Part shown: piece after piece, positions 45,928 through 56,379 of the stretch | Numbering within the stretch: position 1 is the first letter of the stretch | Layout: each line of letters begins with the position of its first letter | Assembly (NCBI GenBank): GCA_045863295.1 | Contig: BTWA01000001.1 | Location: 276,337 to 340,336, forward strand | Reading direction: 5' to 3' | From: Candidatus Hydrogenedentota bacterium | Lineage (GTDB): Bacteria > Hydrogenedentota > Hydrogenedentia > Hydrogenedentales > SLHB01 | DNA: 64,000 nt | Notes under the pieces: generated by a model | Told to the model about the DNA's origin: nothing | The model's database searches: none | Seen by the model: the letters and a program-made list of their open reading frames with translations, nothing else | Position numbers and translations under genes: made by a program

Positions 45928-47774
45928 GTGGTTGGTTTGATCTGAGCCACGTAAAGGGCGCGCCGATCGATTTCGCCGTCATCGCAGTCTATTTCGTTGC
46001 CATTGTTGCATTCGGCCTCTGGTTCGGGAAATACACACGTAACACGAGCGATTTCTTTTTTGGTGGCCAGCGATTTGCCTGGTGGCTCATCGCATTTTCG
46101 GGAATCGCCACCACCGTCGGCAGTTACAGCTTCGTCAAGTACAGTGAAGTGGGCTACGAATACGGAATCAGCAGCACGCAATCGTATCTCAACGACTGGT
46201 TCTGGATTCCTATTCTGCTCTTGCTGTGGTTGCCTATCCTCTACTTTGGCCGGATTCAATCCGTTCCCGAATACTTTCTCAGGCGGTTCGGACCCGAAGC
46301 ACGGTTTGCATCGCTCATCGCCATCCTCATCTATCTGGTGGGATATGTCGGCGTAAATCTGTACACGTTGGGTACGGTTATGGAAGGCATTATAGGCGTA
46401 CCCGTATTGCTGGGCGCCACGATGACGGCATTCGTCGTCATGCTGTATATGTTTGCCGGCGGCCAAACATCCGTCATCATGACGGATTTGGCGCAGGGCA
46501 TCATCCTATTGATTGCCGGATTGGGATTGCTCGTATTGGGGGTGGCCCATGTGGGCGGCGTGGTCAATTTCTGGGCGTTGCTGCCGGAATCGCATCGCTA
46601 TGGCTTTTCAGAATTCAGCGCACCGGACAAGTTCAGCTTCGTCGGCATCTTCGCCCAGGATGGCTTGGCCAACACAGGCGCTTTCGTGTTGATGAATCAA
46701 GGCATGATCATGCGCTTTCTATCCATGCGCAGCGTGCGTGACGGCCAAAAGATGGCGGTGTTCTGGATCCTGGTCCTTGCGCCATTGGCCGCAATTGCCG
46801 TCAGCAGCGGCGGATGGGTGGCCAAGGTCCTGGTGGAAAACGGCGAAATCGAGACCACCGCCAAGACTGCCTTCGTCGACGCATCGCACTATCTTGCCGT
46901 CCCCGGCGTTTTCGGTTTTATCCTCGCCGCCTTGACCGCCGCGCTGATGAGTACCGCCGATACATTGGTGTCCGCCGTAAGCGCCATCTTCATCAACGAC
47001 ATTTACCGTCCCTACCTCGTTAAAGGCAGGCCCGACAAGCACTACCTGAAAGTCGCCCGCGTGTCGAGCACGGTTACCGTAATCGTCGGTCTAGTGTTGG
47101 TCGTCATTTATATGAAACAAGACAGCATCTATCAGGTCCACGGCCAGTTCACGGCTGCTGTCACGCCGCCCATAGTCATGTCCATATTCCTGGGCATCTT
47201 TTGGAAGCGCTATACTTCCGCCGCCGCAATCGCCACGATTGTCGTGGGGGGCGTCGCAGTCGGACTATCTTTCGTACCTTCATTGGAGTCCGTTCTAATC
47301 AAACCGTTCGCTTTTGGAATGGGTGAAGCCAGTTACGGCTTTATGCGTGCGTTGTACGGACTTGTCGCTTGCGGCGTAATTGGCCTGGTGGTATCGCTCT
47401 TCACCCGTCCCAAAAGCGATAAAGATCTGGTTGGCCTGGTCCACGGTACGCAATTGCAGGCCATGGAACTTTTTAAGGGAAGTCCTGTGAATCGCACTCC
47501 AGGCACAAAGGTGACGTTGCGCGTTATTGCAGATGCGTCGCTGCCAATAGCCGACGTGGCGGTATGCCCGCAGAGCGCGTTATCGGCCATGGCCGCTTCC
47601 GAGGGGGATATGCTCTACGCCTGCGATACGCGTTGGTGGTTCGGCGGACTCCGATCCGTGCATCTCAGGGCAGGAGAGCCGGGAAGTGACGATGCAGTTC
47701 GAATGAGTCCAGAAGCGATTGCAGACGCGCACTTTACAGATGGTCAATGGGTTGTCGTCGAAAAGCTGCTCTGA
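45924..47774 (+). CDS. Sodium:solute symporter (SSS) with a C-terminal soluble domain
   Basis: DFFFGG, SVPEYFLRRFG, AGGQTSVIMTDLAQ, AALMSTAD, FINDIY, LGIFWKR. Confidence 0.9.
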   Translation: MSGWFDLSHVKGAPIDFAVIAVYFVAIVAFGLWFGKYTRNTSDFFFGGQRFAWWLIAFSGIATTVGSYSFVKYSEVGYEYGISSTQSYLNDWFWIPILLLLWLPILYFGRIQSVPEYFLRRFGPEARFASLIAILIYLVGYVGVNLYTLGTVMEGIIGVPVLLGATMTAFVVMLYMFAGGQTSVIMTDLAQGIILLIAGLGLLVLGVAHVGGVVNFWALLPESHRYGFSEFSAPDKFSFVGIFAQDGLANTGAFVLMNQGMIMRFLSMRSVRDGQKMAVFWILVLAPLAAIAVSSGGWVAKVLVENGEIETTAKTAFVDASHYLAVPGVFGFILAALTAALMSTADTLVSAVSAIFINDIYRPYLVKGRPDKHYLKVARVSSTVTVIVGLVLVVIYMKQDSIYQVHGQFTAAVTPPIVMSIFLGIFWKRYTSAAAIATIVVGGVAVGLSFVPSLESVLIKPFAFGMGEASYGFMRALYGLVACGVIGLVVSLFTRPKSDKDLVGLVHGTQLQAMELFKGSPVNRTPGTKVTLRVIADASLPIADVAVCPQSALSAMAASEGDMLYACDTRWWFGGLRSVHLRAGEPGSDDAVRMSPEAIADAHFTDGQWVVVEKLL

Positions 47775-48354
47775 CCGTCCCCGTCGTGACTCTTCCTGTT
47801 CCAATTCTTCCTTGTGACGATTGACGCTATTCTTCCTTCGGTGCACTCGTGCCCTTGTATCTGAAAACGAGGCATGTCACAATCGGACTTGGGCCTCCTT
47901 CGCCCGGGCTTTAGGGGATTTATAGAATCTGCTAGACATACTTAGATAAAAATGCTAAACTATGCCCGTTGCGGGTATTTTCGTAATGAATTTATCCGCG
48001 ACCGTACGACTAAAGTCAGTCGTGCCGCGCGTGAAGTTAGGTATTCGCTTTGGAACTACTTTGACAGCAGCACGTTGCGTCACATTGACACGCATGGGTA
48101 TGCACGACTTTCAGGTGATTTTGGCGAGTAGAACAAGTGAAGGCCAGTCACAAAAGTCTGTTCGCAACCACTTGCAAAAAAAGAGTTTATGGAGAGGAGT
48201 CCGATTCTAAATCCTCTCGGCGGGATGTCATACACACGGAGCTGAAGGGCACCGGGACGTCCACAGTGATTGACCCATTGAGCAGTACGCTTCCTATGAC
48301 CCCTGATGGGTGACCGAGGGCATGCCCCAGAACCACAGGAGACCGGGGACGGAC

Positions 48355-49776
48355 ATGGCAACGAAGGCGAAATCCAAAGGCAAAACGGCTTCCAAGGTCC
48401 AGGCGAAGTCGGGCCGCGACAGGTCCAAATCGGGTTTGCGCGCGGGCGGATTGGCCAAGTCCAAGAAGGGCGTGGCCGCCAAGGAATCGGCCAAGTCGAA
48501 GGATTCCGGCAAGAACAAGTCCGCCCGGAAGGCCAAGGCGCCAGCGCCCAAGAAGTCCGTGCCAAAGCCTGCCAAGCCCAAAACGGCGGCGAAGGCCCAG
48601 AAGAGTCCCCCAAAAACCAAAGCGGTAGCCGTGAAAAAACAAGCAGTAAAAGCGGAATCCAAGAAAGCAGTTCCAAAGACCGCGGCCGCCAAGGCTGCTC
48701 CCGTCGCTGCGGCGAAGCCCGCAAAACAGGTCACTCCGGGGCCGGTGCCGGCGCCGGTCATTCCGCCGAAGCCGCCCGCGCCAAAGACCAAGATGCTGGA
48801 AAAAGAGTTGCTTTTTGGTTTGGCCAAGGCGATCAAAGACTCGGTCGAGCCGCTCGTACGCAGCGTTCGTGGCAGGGAAGTCACCGGTACGGCTCAGAGC
48901 GGCGACGCCACGTTTCAGTTGGACAAGGTGGCCGAAAAGGCCCTGATGACCTATTTGCGCGATGCCAAAGCGCCCGTGGCTTATTACTCCGAGGACTCCG
49001 GCTATTCCACGTTTACCAGCGGTGCGCCCCAGCACTTGCTCATTGTCGATCCGGTGGATGGCAGCCGGGCGGCCAAGAGCGGTTTCGAATCGTGCGTGGT
49101 GTGCATTGGCAGCACGCGTGTCATTGAGCGGCCTCGCATCGGCGACATCGACAACGCCGTCGTGTTGGAGATAATCGGTCCGCGGATGTTTTACGCCGAA
49201 CGCGGCAAGGGCACCCGCGTGTACGTGGAGGACGGGATTAAGAAACCGAAGTTGTCCACCAATACGTACCTGGAGTCGCTTACCTGGGCCATGACGGTGC
49301 CCGCACGGCCAGCGGAATTAATCTTCCCGACCGCCGCCAAACTGATTGACTTGTCCAGCCTCAAGGGCGGGTTTTTTGCGTGCAACAGTTCTTCGTACAG
49401 CCTTACGCGGCTTGTGACGCAACAGTTGGACGCCTGCGTCGATATTGCCAATCGGTACTTGCGCGACATTCCGGAGGCCGTGAAAGATCAGTTCATCAAT
49501 GCGGGCCGCGGCGCGGTGCTGGGCATTGCGCCGTACGATATCGCCGCGTCGCTGCTGGTGGCGCTCGAGGCCGGCTGCGTCGTCACCGATGCGTACGGGA
49601 AGAGTTTGGAAGATGTGTTGTTGCTGGACAGCTCCGAAGCGAATCACCAGTCGATGATTGCCGCCAGCAACAAAGAGTTGCACGAAAAGCTCATGATCTT
49701 CTTCGACACCCGGATCAAACAGATCGAACATCTCTGGAAGCGGCGGCTTCAGATCGCGGGTGGCGACGACGCCTGA
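48355..49776 (+). CDS. Inositol monophosphatase/FBPase-family enzyme with a Lys/Ala-rich N-terminal extension
   Basis: LDKVAE, SEDSG, IVDPVDGS, YDIAASLLVALEAGCVVTD. The first ~146 aa are K/A/P/S-rich. Confidence 0.85.
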   Translation: MATKAKSKGKTASKVQAKSGRDRSKSGLRAGGLAKSKKGVAAKESAKSKDSGKNKSARKAKAPAPKKSVPKPAKPKTAAKAQKSPPKTKAVAVKKQAVKAESKKAVPKTAAAKAAPVAAAKPAKQVTPGPVPAPVIPPKPPAPKTKMLEKELLFGLAKAIKDSVEPLVRSVRGREVTGTAQSGDATFQLDKVAEKALMTYLRDAKAPVAYYSEDSGYSTFTSGAPQHLLIVDPVDGSRAAKSGFESCVVCIGSTRVIERPRIGDIDNAVVLEIIGPRMFYAERGKGTRVYVEDGIKKPKLSTNTYLESLTWAMTVPARPAELIFPTAAKLIDLSSLKGGFFACNSSSYSLTRLVTQQLDACVDIANRYLRDIPEAVKDQFINAGRGAVLGIAPYDIAASLLVALEAGCVVTDAYGKSLEDVLLLDSSEANHQSMIAASNKELHEKLMIFFDTRIKQIEHLWKRRLQIAGGDDA

Positions 49777-49807
49777 CACCGGGATCTACCCAGTGAAGAT
49801 TGTCACG

Positions 49808-49845
49808 CCGGGGGAACAAATGAACGGTTCCCCCGGTTTTCTTTT
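49808..49845 (+). terminator. Intrinsic terminator
   Basis: Perfect 10-bp stem CCGGGGGAAC/GTTCCCCCGG followed by TTTTCTTTT, about 30 nt after the stop. Confidence 0.7.
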
Positions 49846-49946
49846 CTATGGGGCTTCTTGCTCCACGCCCCTCTCGCCCCCGATGCCGTATACTCGTGTT
49901 TACAAGGCCTTCGCAAGAGAACAACCGAAGCAAGGAGTACGCCGCC

Positions 49947-51497
49947 GTGTCCGGTAAGGCAGAGACTCGATTTCAAGAGAAACCCACAGCGCCCGATACC
50001 TCCATCTTCTGCATTCCCGAAGAGGCCATGGCCACGGTCGTCATATTCGGGGCCACCGGCGATTTGGCCCAGCGCAAGCTGGTGCCCGCGATGTACAATT
50101 TGTGGAAGTGTGGATATTTGCCCAAGCGTATCGCCGTCGTGGGGGTTGCGCGAAAACCGAAAACGGACAACGAATTCCGCGAAGAAATGTGCGAAGCGCT
50201 CAAAAAGCATTCGCGTACCAAGGACGGCCTCGGCGACGCCTGCGATCCGTTCGTGGGTAACCTCTATTATCAGCAACTCGAATTCTCCGACGACACCGGC
50301 TTCCGTCGCCTTGGCGAACGGTTGACCGAATTGGAGAAGAACATTGGTTTGCCGGGCCACCGGTTGTTTTATCTCAGCGTGGGTCCGGAATTCTTCGGAC
50401 CCATCGTGGAAGATCTGGGCCGCGCCGGGTTGGTGACACCACACGGCTCGTCGCCTTGGACCCGGGTCGTGTTCGAAAAACCGTTTGGCCAGGATCTGGC
50501 CTCGGCGCGCGAGCTGAATGCCTGCGTATCCACCGTGCTCAATGAAGAGCAGATTTTCCGCATCGACCACTATCTGGGCAAGGAGACCGTGCAGAACATC
50601 TTCTCGTTCCGGTTCGGCAACGCCATTTTCGAACCCCTGTTCAACCAGAAATACGTGGACCACGTGCAGATCACGATGTCCGAAGCGTTTGGCATGGAAG
50701 GCCGCCGCGGCGCGTTTTACGACAAGGTGGGCGCCATGCGCGACGTAGTGCAGAACCACGTCCTCCAATTGATGAGCCTCGTTGCGATGGAGCCGCCCGC
50801 CGTATTCGGCGCCAAAGAGATTCGCGACGAAAAGGTAAAAGTGTTGTGTTCCGTCGATGTCCCGCTGGATGAAGATCCCAGTGACTGGTGCGTGCGCGGA
50901 CAATACGCGGAAGGCCCGAACGCGCCGGGATACTTGTCCGAGGAAGGCGTGGCGCAAGACTCGCAAACAGAAACGTTTGTTGCGCTCAAACTGTATGTGA
51001 ACAATTGGCGTTGGGCCGGCGTGCCGTTTTTTCTGCGATCCGGCAAGAACCTGAAATCGCGTGTGACCGAAATTGCGGTCCAATTCAAATCGCCGCCAAC
51101 CCACTTCTTCGCCGATTTGGGCGTGCCGCCGCCGGTCGCCAATACGTTGGTATTCCGCATTCAGCCCGACGAAGCCATATCGCTCCGTTTCAACGCCAAA
51201 CCACCCGGATTGGCCATGGGCACTAAGCCCGTGGATATGGAATTCAAATACGAAAGTGGATTCGGCGAGGCCCTTCCGGAAGCCTACGAGCGGTTGCTGC
51301 TGGACGCGATTCGCGGCGATTCGACCTTGTTCATGCGGTCCGACGAAATTGACTACGCCTGGCGCATCGTAACGCAGGTCATGGACACCTGGAAAGATGC
51401 GGCTGCTCCGGAGTTGTACCGGCCGGGCACATGGGGTCCCCGCGAATCCGATCGTCTTTTCCAGGGCGTGGAAGGCAAATGGCGGAATCAGGCGTGA
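49947..51497 (+). CDS. zwf: Glucose-6-phosphate 1-dehydrogenase
   Basis: IFGATGDLA, EKPFG, RIDHYLGKETVQN, DVVQNH, WAGVPFFLRSGK, AYERLL. Start is GTG 49947 (AAGGAG RBS) or ATG 50028. Confidence 0.97.
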   Translation: MSGKAETRFQEKPTAPDTSIFCIPEEAMATVVIFGATGDLAQRKLVPAMYNLWKCGYLPKRIAVVGVARKPKTDNEFREEMCEALKKHSRTKDGLGDACDPFVGNLYYQQLEFSDDTGFRRLGERLTELEKNIGLPGHRLFYLSVGPEFFGPIVEDLGRAGLVTPHGSSPWTRVVFEKPFGQDLASARELNACVSTVLNEEQIFRIDHYLGKETVQNIFSFRFGNAIFEPLFNQKYVDHVQITMSEAFGMEGRRGAFYDKVGAMRDVVQNHVLQLMSLVAMEPPAVFGAKEIRDEKVKVLCSVDVPLDEDPSDWCVRGQYAEGPNAPGYLSEEGVAQDSQTETFVALKLYVNNWRWAGVPFFLRSGKNLKSRVTEIAVQFKSPPTHFFADLGVPPPVANTLVFRIQPDEAISLRFNAKPPGLAMGTKPVDMEFKYESGFGEALPEAYERLLLDAIRGDSTLFMRSDEIDYAWRIVTQVMDTWKDAAAPELYRPGTWGPRESDRLFQGVEGKWRNQA

Positions 51498-52159
51498 CGG
51501 TTCACGTATCGGAGAATCCTGCCCTCGCGGCGGCCGAGCGACTGGTGCGGCTGGCGGGCGAGAGCGGCTCATTCAGCGTCGCCGTCTCGGGCGGTTCGAC
51601 GCCCCGCGCGCTGTTTACATTGCTTGCGGGAGAGTTCCGGTCCCGCATGCCTTGGAGCCGCGTTGCCGTATTTCAAGTCGACGAGCGCTGCGTTCCCCCG
51701 GATAATCCGCTGTCCAACTGGAAAATGCTGCAGGAGACGCTGTTGGACATCGTGCCCGAGATCAGGGCTTACCGTATGGAAGCGGAGCGGGGTGTACGTG
51801 GAGCAGAAGATTATGCCCGCGTGCTGCGCGAACACATCGGCGGAGGCAACGCCATACCGGTCTTCGACGTCGTGCTGCTAGGCATGGGTGCGGACGGGCA
51901 TACGGCCTCGCTGTTTCCAGGAGCCGACGCGCTGCACGAACAAGCCAAAGCGGTCGTCTATACCGAGCCGCCGAACATCACGCCTGATCGGGTCACATTG
52001 ACATTTCCTGTGATCAACGCGGCGAAACACAAGTGGTTTCTCGCGACCGGCTCCGACAAAGCGCCGGCTTTTCAGAGGGCACAACGCGGCGAAGTGCCCG
52101 CCGGACTCGTAACCGGCGCTGAATGGTTCGTGGATAGTGCGGTGGTGGCCTCGAAGTAG
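51479..52159 (+). CDS. pgl: 6-phosphogluconolactonase
   Basis: SGGSTP, DERCVP, LLGMGADGHTASLFP, RVTLTFP; overlaps the end of zwf. Confidence 0.95.
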   Translation: MAESGVTVHVSENPALAAAERLVRLAGESGSFSVAVSGGSTPRALFTLLAGEFRSRMPWSRVAVFQVDERCVPPDNPLSNWKMLQETLLDIVPEIRAYRMEAERGVRGAEDYARVLREHIGGGNAIPVFDVVLLGMGADGHTASLFPGADALHEQAKAVVYTEPPNITPDRVTLTFPVINAAKHKWFLATGSDKAPAFQRAQRGEVPAGLVTGAEWFVDSAVVASK

Positions 52160-52197
52160 CGCGTATCACTTTTCAGTATGGCGCCCGTTGCCGTTCC

Positions 52198-53379
52198 TTA
52201 GGTTGGCGGATTGAGGAAGCGACGCTCGACCGTCATGTGGAATAGCCAGCCCGCCACGAGCGTGCAGCCCACACACGCGGGGATCGTGAGAAACGCCGTC
52301 CATGCCGAACTCTGGAGCCCCGCCAGAAATGCCGCATGACTGAGCGCAAGCACGATGGGAAAATGGACAAGATAGAGGCTATAGCACATGCGCCCACACG
52401 CCAAAAGCGGTGGAGCGATTTTCAACGCGCAGATCGCCGAATCAAACCGGTGAAGGGCCAGGGCAAGCAGCGCGAAGCCGTACGCGCATAAGGGTTCGTT
52501 CCGGTGCATTCCCGAGAAGACCCAGGGCGGATCGAGCCAGCCGTTCAATTTGCAGAGATCGTGCAGAATGCCTGCGGTCAGCAGCGCCGCGATTATGCAT
52601 TGTCCACGATGGTCCGCATAGTTGAGGGCATAGTAGACGCCGACTCCCGCCGCGAACAAGAGCCAGCGGCCATCCCAGAAGAATCCGCTCGCGGCCCATC
52701 CCAAGGGGGTGCACGCAACAACGGCGACGGAAACCAGCGCAACACCCAGGAAGAAGCGGCGCGGCGCTGCAAGCAGCAGTATCCCGGTGACCGCATAGAA
52801 TTGCTCTTCGTAACACAACGTCCACGCGTGGCCCAATAGAAGTTTGGATCCCGGCGGAACGAGATGCATGCGCCACGTTTCGGTCAGCGTCACATTCCCA
52901 AACCATTGCCATGGATGAAGCGAACCGGGATGGGGGATGGCGTTGATGTCCTCGAAGTTACCGGTGATCCAATGCGCGTGGCCGGACCCATACAGCAAGT
53001 ACACAAACACCAGACTGCACGCGAGCACAGCCCAATACGGAGGGTAAATGCGGCGAAACCGCCGGATGAAGTATCGGGACACCGGGTGACCCCTGCGCCG
53101 TGCAGCGTCCGCCGTGGCGGAAATGCAGTATCCCGAGATCACGAAAAACAGCGGAACGCCGATCCAACCCCGTGCGCAGACCGCCACAATCCATCCCGAC
53201 AGTCCGGCCAATTGGCCGGATTGGTAACAGAACAACGAGGCGTGAAAGACCACCACGATCAAGCAGGCAACGCCGCGCCACAGGTCTAGCGAAGGATAGC
53301 GGGGGTGGCGGGGGAGTGTGGCGTAGACCGGCGCGCTTTCAATGGCCACCAACGCCGCTTCCGTTGGCGAGTGCGCCAA
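52198..53379 (-). CDS. Acyltransferase-3 (OafA-like) membrane O-acyltransferase
   Basis: LDLWRGVA, GVPLFFVISGY, RRFRRIYP, WTLCYEEQFY, YSLYLVHFP, VERRF. Confidence 0.92.
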   Translation of the reverse strand: MAHSPTEAALVAIESAPVYATLPRHPRYPSLDLWRGVACLIVVVFHASLFCYQSGQLAGLSGWIVAVCARGWIGVPLFFVISGYCISATADAARRRGHPVSRYFIRRFRRIYPPYWAVLACSLVFVYLLYGSGHAHWITGNFEDINAIPHPGSLHPWQWFGNVTLTETWRMHLVPPGSKLLLGHAWTLCYEEQFYAVTGILLLAAPRRFFLGVALVSVAVVACTPLGWAASGFFWDGRWLLFAAGVGVYYALNYADHRGQCIIAALLTAGILHDLCKLNGWLDPPWVFSGMHRNEPLCAYGFALLALALHRFDSAICALKIAPPLLACGRMCYSLYLVHFPIVLALSHAAFLAGLQSSAWTAFLTIPACVGCTLVAGWLFHMTVERRFLNPPT

Positions 53380-54988
53380 TGTCGGATTCGCTCAATGCCT
53401 CCCGGTATATGCGGACATCCTTGATGCGGCCGTTAAAGTAATCGTGTTGGCCGAAGCCGATTCGCAGCGGCGCGGAGTTGTCGAAAAGCAGATCCGAGTG
53501 CGACAACTGATTCCTCATCGCACCGTTGATGAACAATTGCAGCATACCGGTCTTGCGTTGCACGGCCAGATGAACCCAGCCCGCAGGGAGTTCATCGCTC
53601 CGGCTCATGCAGCGGCCCGTCTGGTAGCTGTAGACATGGCCCGACGGAAGCACGCCGCAAAACAGCTTCCCTTCATGCACGGCCATGCTCCACGCCCGGC
53701 GGTACTGCACGTCCGGCGTCTTGTCGAGTTGGCCCGTGTTGAACCAGCTTGTGCCGCCGTCGTACCGGTAGACTTGCGCGAGCGGCAGCGTGCCCCCATA
53801 GAGCATGCCGTTATACACGGCCATGCCCATGCTTTCCTTCTCCTCGCCCAGACGTCCGCGATCCTCCCATCGTCCGGGTTCATGCAGCACGAACACCTTG
53901 CCCGATGGCCACGACCCCACGAACAACTCGCCCCGGTATTGCATGAACGAGTAGGTTTGCGTCGTTTCCGGCGGTGCGCCGAAATCCGTCCAGCCTGGAT
54001 CGTCGAAACGGTAGACGCCCGCAAAATGCTCGTCAAATCCTGTGCCGAGCAACTGGCCGTTGTGTACACCCAGCGCCTCGACGCGCCCGCCGGGGTTGCC
54101 CACGTCGGTCCACGTGGCCCCGCCTTCGTAGCGGAAAAGTCCGGCCGGCGCGTAGAGCGACGAGGCATACAGTTTGTCTTTGTACACGGCTAGTCCGTAC
54201 ACTGCTTCGATCTCGCCGAGCTTGCCGCAGTAGGTCCACTCCTTACCGCCCGCGTATTTGTAGACGCGCCCTCCGGGTAACGTGTTTTCTGAATCGCCCA
54301 TGGCCGAACCGCGGGATCGATAGTGCGATGCCGCCACGTACAGTTCGCCTTGATAGACCGCCATCGCCGACACGGCATTGCTGGGATACGGGGAACCGCA
54401 GTCTTCCCATTGGGCATTGCCCGCGTATTTGTACACGTGGCCCGATTCGTCCTTGCCCAGTTCGAATGTGCCCGCGTAAAGCCCGCCTTTATATGTGCAG
54501 AGCGACATAGGGTAGACCGCGTTGCCCGGCCGCCCGCAATCGGTCCAATCCACGGTCGCAATACCGTCGTCAATTCCGAAGAACAAATTGCGGTAGTTGG
54601 ATTGCGCGTTGACCACGCCGTGGTAGTTCATGACCGAGAAGTTGAGGCCCTTGCGCCGCGCGAGATCAAACTTGCCCAGGATATCGCCGATGGTGTCGTC
54701 GAGTACCGATTCCGTGTGAACCCATGCCGCAATCGTGAAATCCGTGACGCCAAGGTCCAACGATTCGTTGTGCGGCACTTCGATAAATGCGCCGCGCCCG
54801 TCGAAATGCGCGCCGCCGGTCGCGTCGAACGCCACGTAGTGGGCAGTGCCGTTGTTGCCCTTGCCCGAGATGTCAGACGCATCGGATGTCAATGGCCAGT
54901 GGCCGACGAGGTAACTTTCCGCGTATACCGATGCGGCCAGGGCGCCAAAGGCTACGCATGAGGCGGTCAACGCACGCACAAGAATCAC
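53339..54988 (-). CDS. Secreted LamG-like jellyroll protein with an inserted beta-propeller
   Basis: Signal peptide. DFTIAAWV and WVHLAV..LFING..FNGRIKDVRIYREALS flank about 7 repeats of W.D.G....V..L.VY.G.LY.G. Confidence 0.8.
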   Translation of the reverse strand: MILVRALTASCVAFGALAASVYAESYLVGHWPLTSDASDISGKGNNGTAHYVAFDATGGAHFDGRGAFIEVPHNESLDLGVTDFTIAAWVHTESVLDDTIGDILGKFDLARRKGLNFSVMNYHGVVNAQSNYRNLFFGIDDGIATVDWTDCGRPGNAVYPMSLCTYKGGLYAGTFELGKDESGHVYKYAGNAQWEDCGSPYPSNAVSAMAVYQGELYVAASHYRSRGSAMGDSENTLPGGRVYKYAGGKEWTYCGKLGEIEAVYGLAVYKDKLYASSLYAPAGLFRYEGGATWTDVGNPGGRVEALGVHNGQLLGTGFDEHFAGVYRFDDPGWTDFGAPPETTQTYSFMQYRGELFVGSWPSGKVFVLHEPGRWEDRGRLGEEKESMGMAVYNGMLYGGTLPLAQVYRYDGGTSWFNTGQLDKTPDVQYRRAWSMAVHEGKLFCGVLPSGHVYSYQTGRCMSRSDELPAGWVHLAVQRKTGMLQLFINGAMRNQLSHSDLLFDNSAPLRIGFGQHDYFNGRIKDVRIYREALSESDIGALANGSGVGGH

Positions 54989-55225
54989 GGGCTATCTCCT
55001 TCGGACTGACGACCTACTTGCGACAAAACACGATACCGTGTTCGCCACTGTGAATTCACATCGGAATGAATGCGCAAATGGACAGCGATTTCCGCCCGTG
55101 GACGGGTGGAGTGCTTTGTGATATAGTACAGACATGAACAACAGTTGTGGCACGAAATTGAGCAAGATCGACAACCTGCTGTTCGTGGGTCAACAGCAGA
55201 TTGCCTTGCAATGAGGCCAGCGTGT

Positions 55226-55801
55226 ATGGGCGAGACGAAGCGCGTAGTGCCGAATGGCATCATCTTTCGCCGGTATGCGCAAGGCCTTTTGTGCATGCTC
55301 GTACTGCTTGCCGTGTTCATTAGCTGCCTGTCTATACAGACAGCGTATGAATTGTATGCCACCGAGTTCTTTCCGTCCGAACTGATTTCTCTCGGGTGCT
55401 TTGCGGGTATGTCTGTTTGGTTGACATGGTTGTTGATCACTCGGAGCCGTCATTTTGCATTGCCCGAGAATGCGCAACAGGACGTTATTCGTCTCAGTGG
55501 ACACATATCTGAATTCACGGTCTTCGTCTTGTTTCTCACCCTATTTACGGTTCCCGTGGCCAATATGCTTGCAGAAGTGATTGCCGGTGGATTCGCGATG
55601 GCGCTCCTCGCGGTAGATTTGGAATTCGTCCGTGTGCGACAAGGGGATAGCTTCTTTGTGGCGTGGTCTCGCCAATTTGGTTTCGATTTGCTCCTTTTTG
55701 CGATTGCACTGCGTTGCTGGCAGGCGCTACTCCGTCGGTACGCTTCAACGGGCACGACCCCCTCAACACAGTCTGCCAATCCGGAAGTGACGAACGCCTG
55801 A
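55226..55801 (+). CDS. Hypothetical multi-TM membrane protein
   Basis: Several hydrophobic segments; lower GC than its neighbours; start uncertain. Confidence 0.5.
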   Translation: MGETKRVVPNGIIFRRYAQGLLCMLVLLAVFISCLSIQTAYELYATEFFPSELISLGCFAGMSVWLTWLLITRSRHFALPENAQQDVIRLSGHISEFTVFVLFLTLFTVPVANMLAEVIAGGFAMALLAVDLEFVRVRQGDSFFVAWSRQFGFDLLLFAIALRCWQALLRRYASTGTTPSTQSANPEVTNA

Positions 55802-55946
55802 TTTTGTTCAAATGCCTCTGTCACCATGCCGTCTTCCTCGCCTTTTTCGCTGGCGTTCATCTGTTGTAGGATACGCCCGCGAATCCGGTGCATCCGGGTG
55901 GGGTGTGGGTCCGGCCGCAATTCTGTCGCCTTCACAGGAGTCTGTC

Positions 55947-56363
55947 ATGAACTATCTGCGCTACTTTCCGCTGATGGCCGTGTTGTTCGCGGTGTACAAC
56001 ATCGCGATGCTGGCGGGGGTGAACTTTGAAGAGAATCCGGCGTTGTTCGGCATTCCCCATCTGACGCGGGAAGCGCCCATACCCTTCGGGGCATCGGACC
56101 TGCTCATCGGCATCGCCGCCATTCTCTTGTACCTCGAAATCATGAAGGCGTCGCGGGTGTCGCGATCCACGGTCGTGGATCACATGTTGTCCATGTTCGT
56201 GTTCATTGCTTTTCTGGTGGAGATGATCACGGTTGCCGGCGCGGGCACGGCGACATTCATATTGCTCACTCTGATTTCGCTTATCGATGTGATCGCCGGG
56301 TTCACCATCAGCATTGCCACGGCGCGCCGCGATTTCACCGTGGGCAATGATGGGATGGGATGA
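55947..56363 (+). CDS. Hypothetical four-TM membrane protein
   Basis: CAGGAG RBS; LYLEIMKA, DHMLSM, DVIAGFTISIATARRD. Confidence 0.8.
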   Translation: MNYLRYFPLMAVLFAVYNIAMLAGVNFEENPALFGIPHLTREAPIPFGASDLLIGIAAILLYLEIMKASRVSRSTVVDHMLSMFVFIAFLVEMITVAGAGTATFILLTLISLIDVIAGFTISIATARRDFTVGNDGMG

Positions 56364-56379
56364 AACCGGAGAGACAAGT

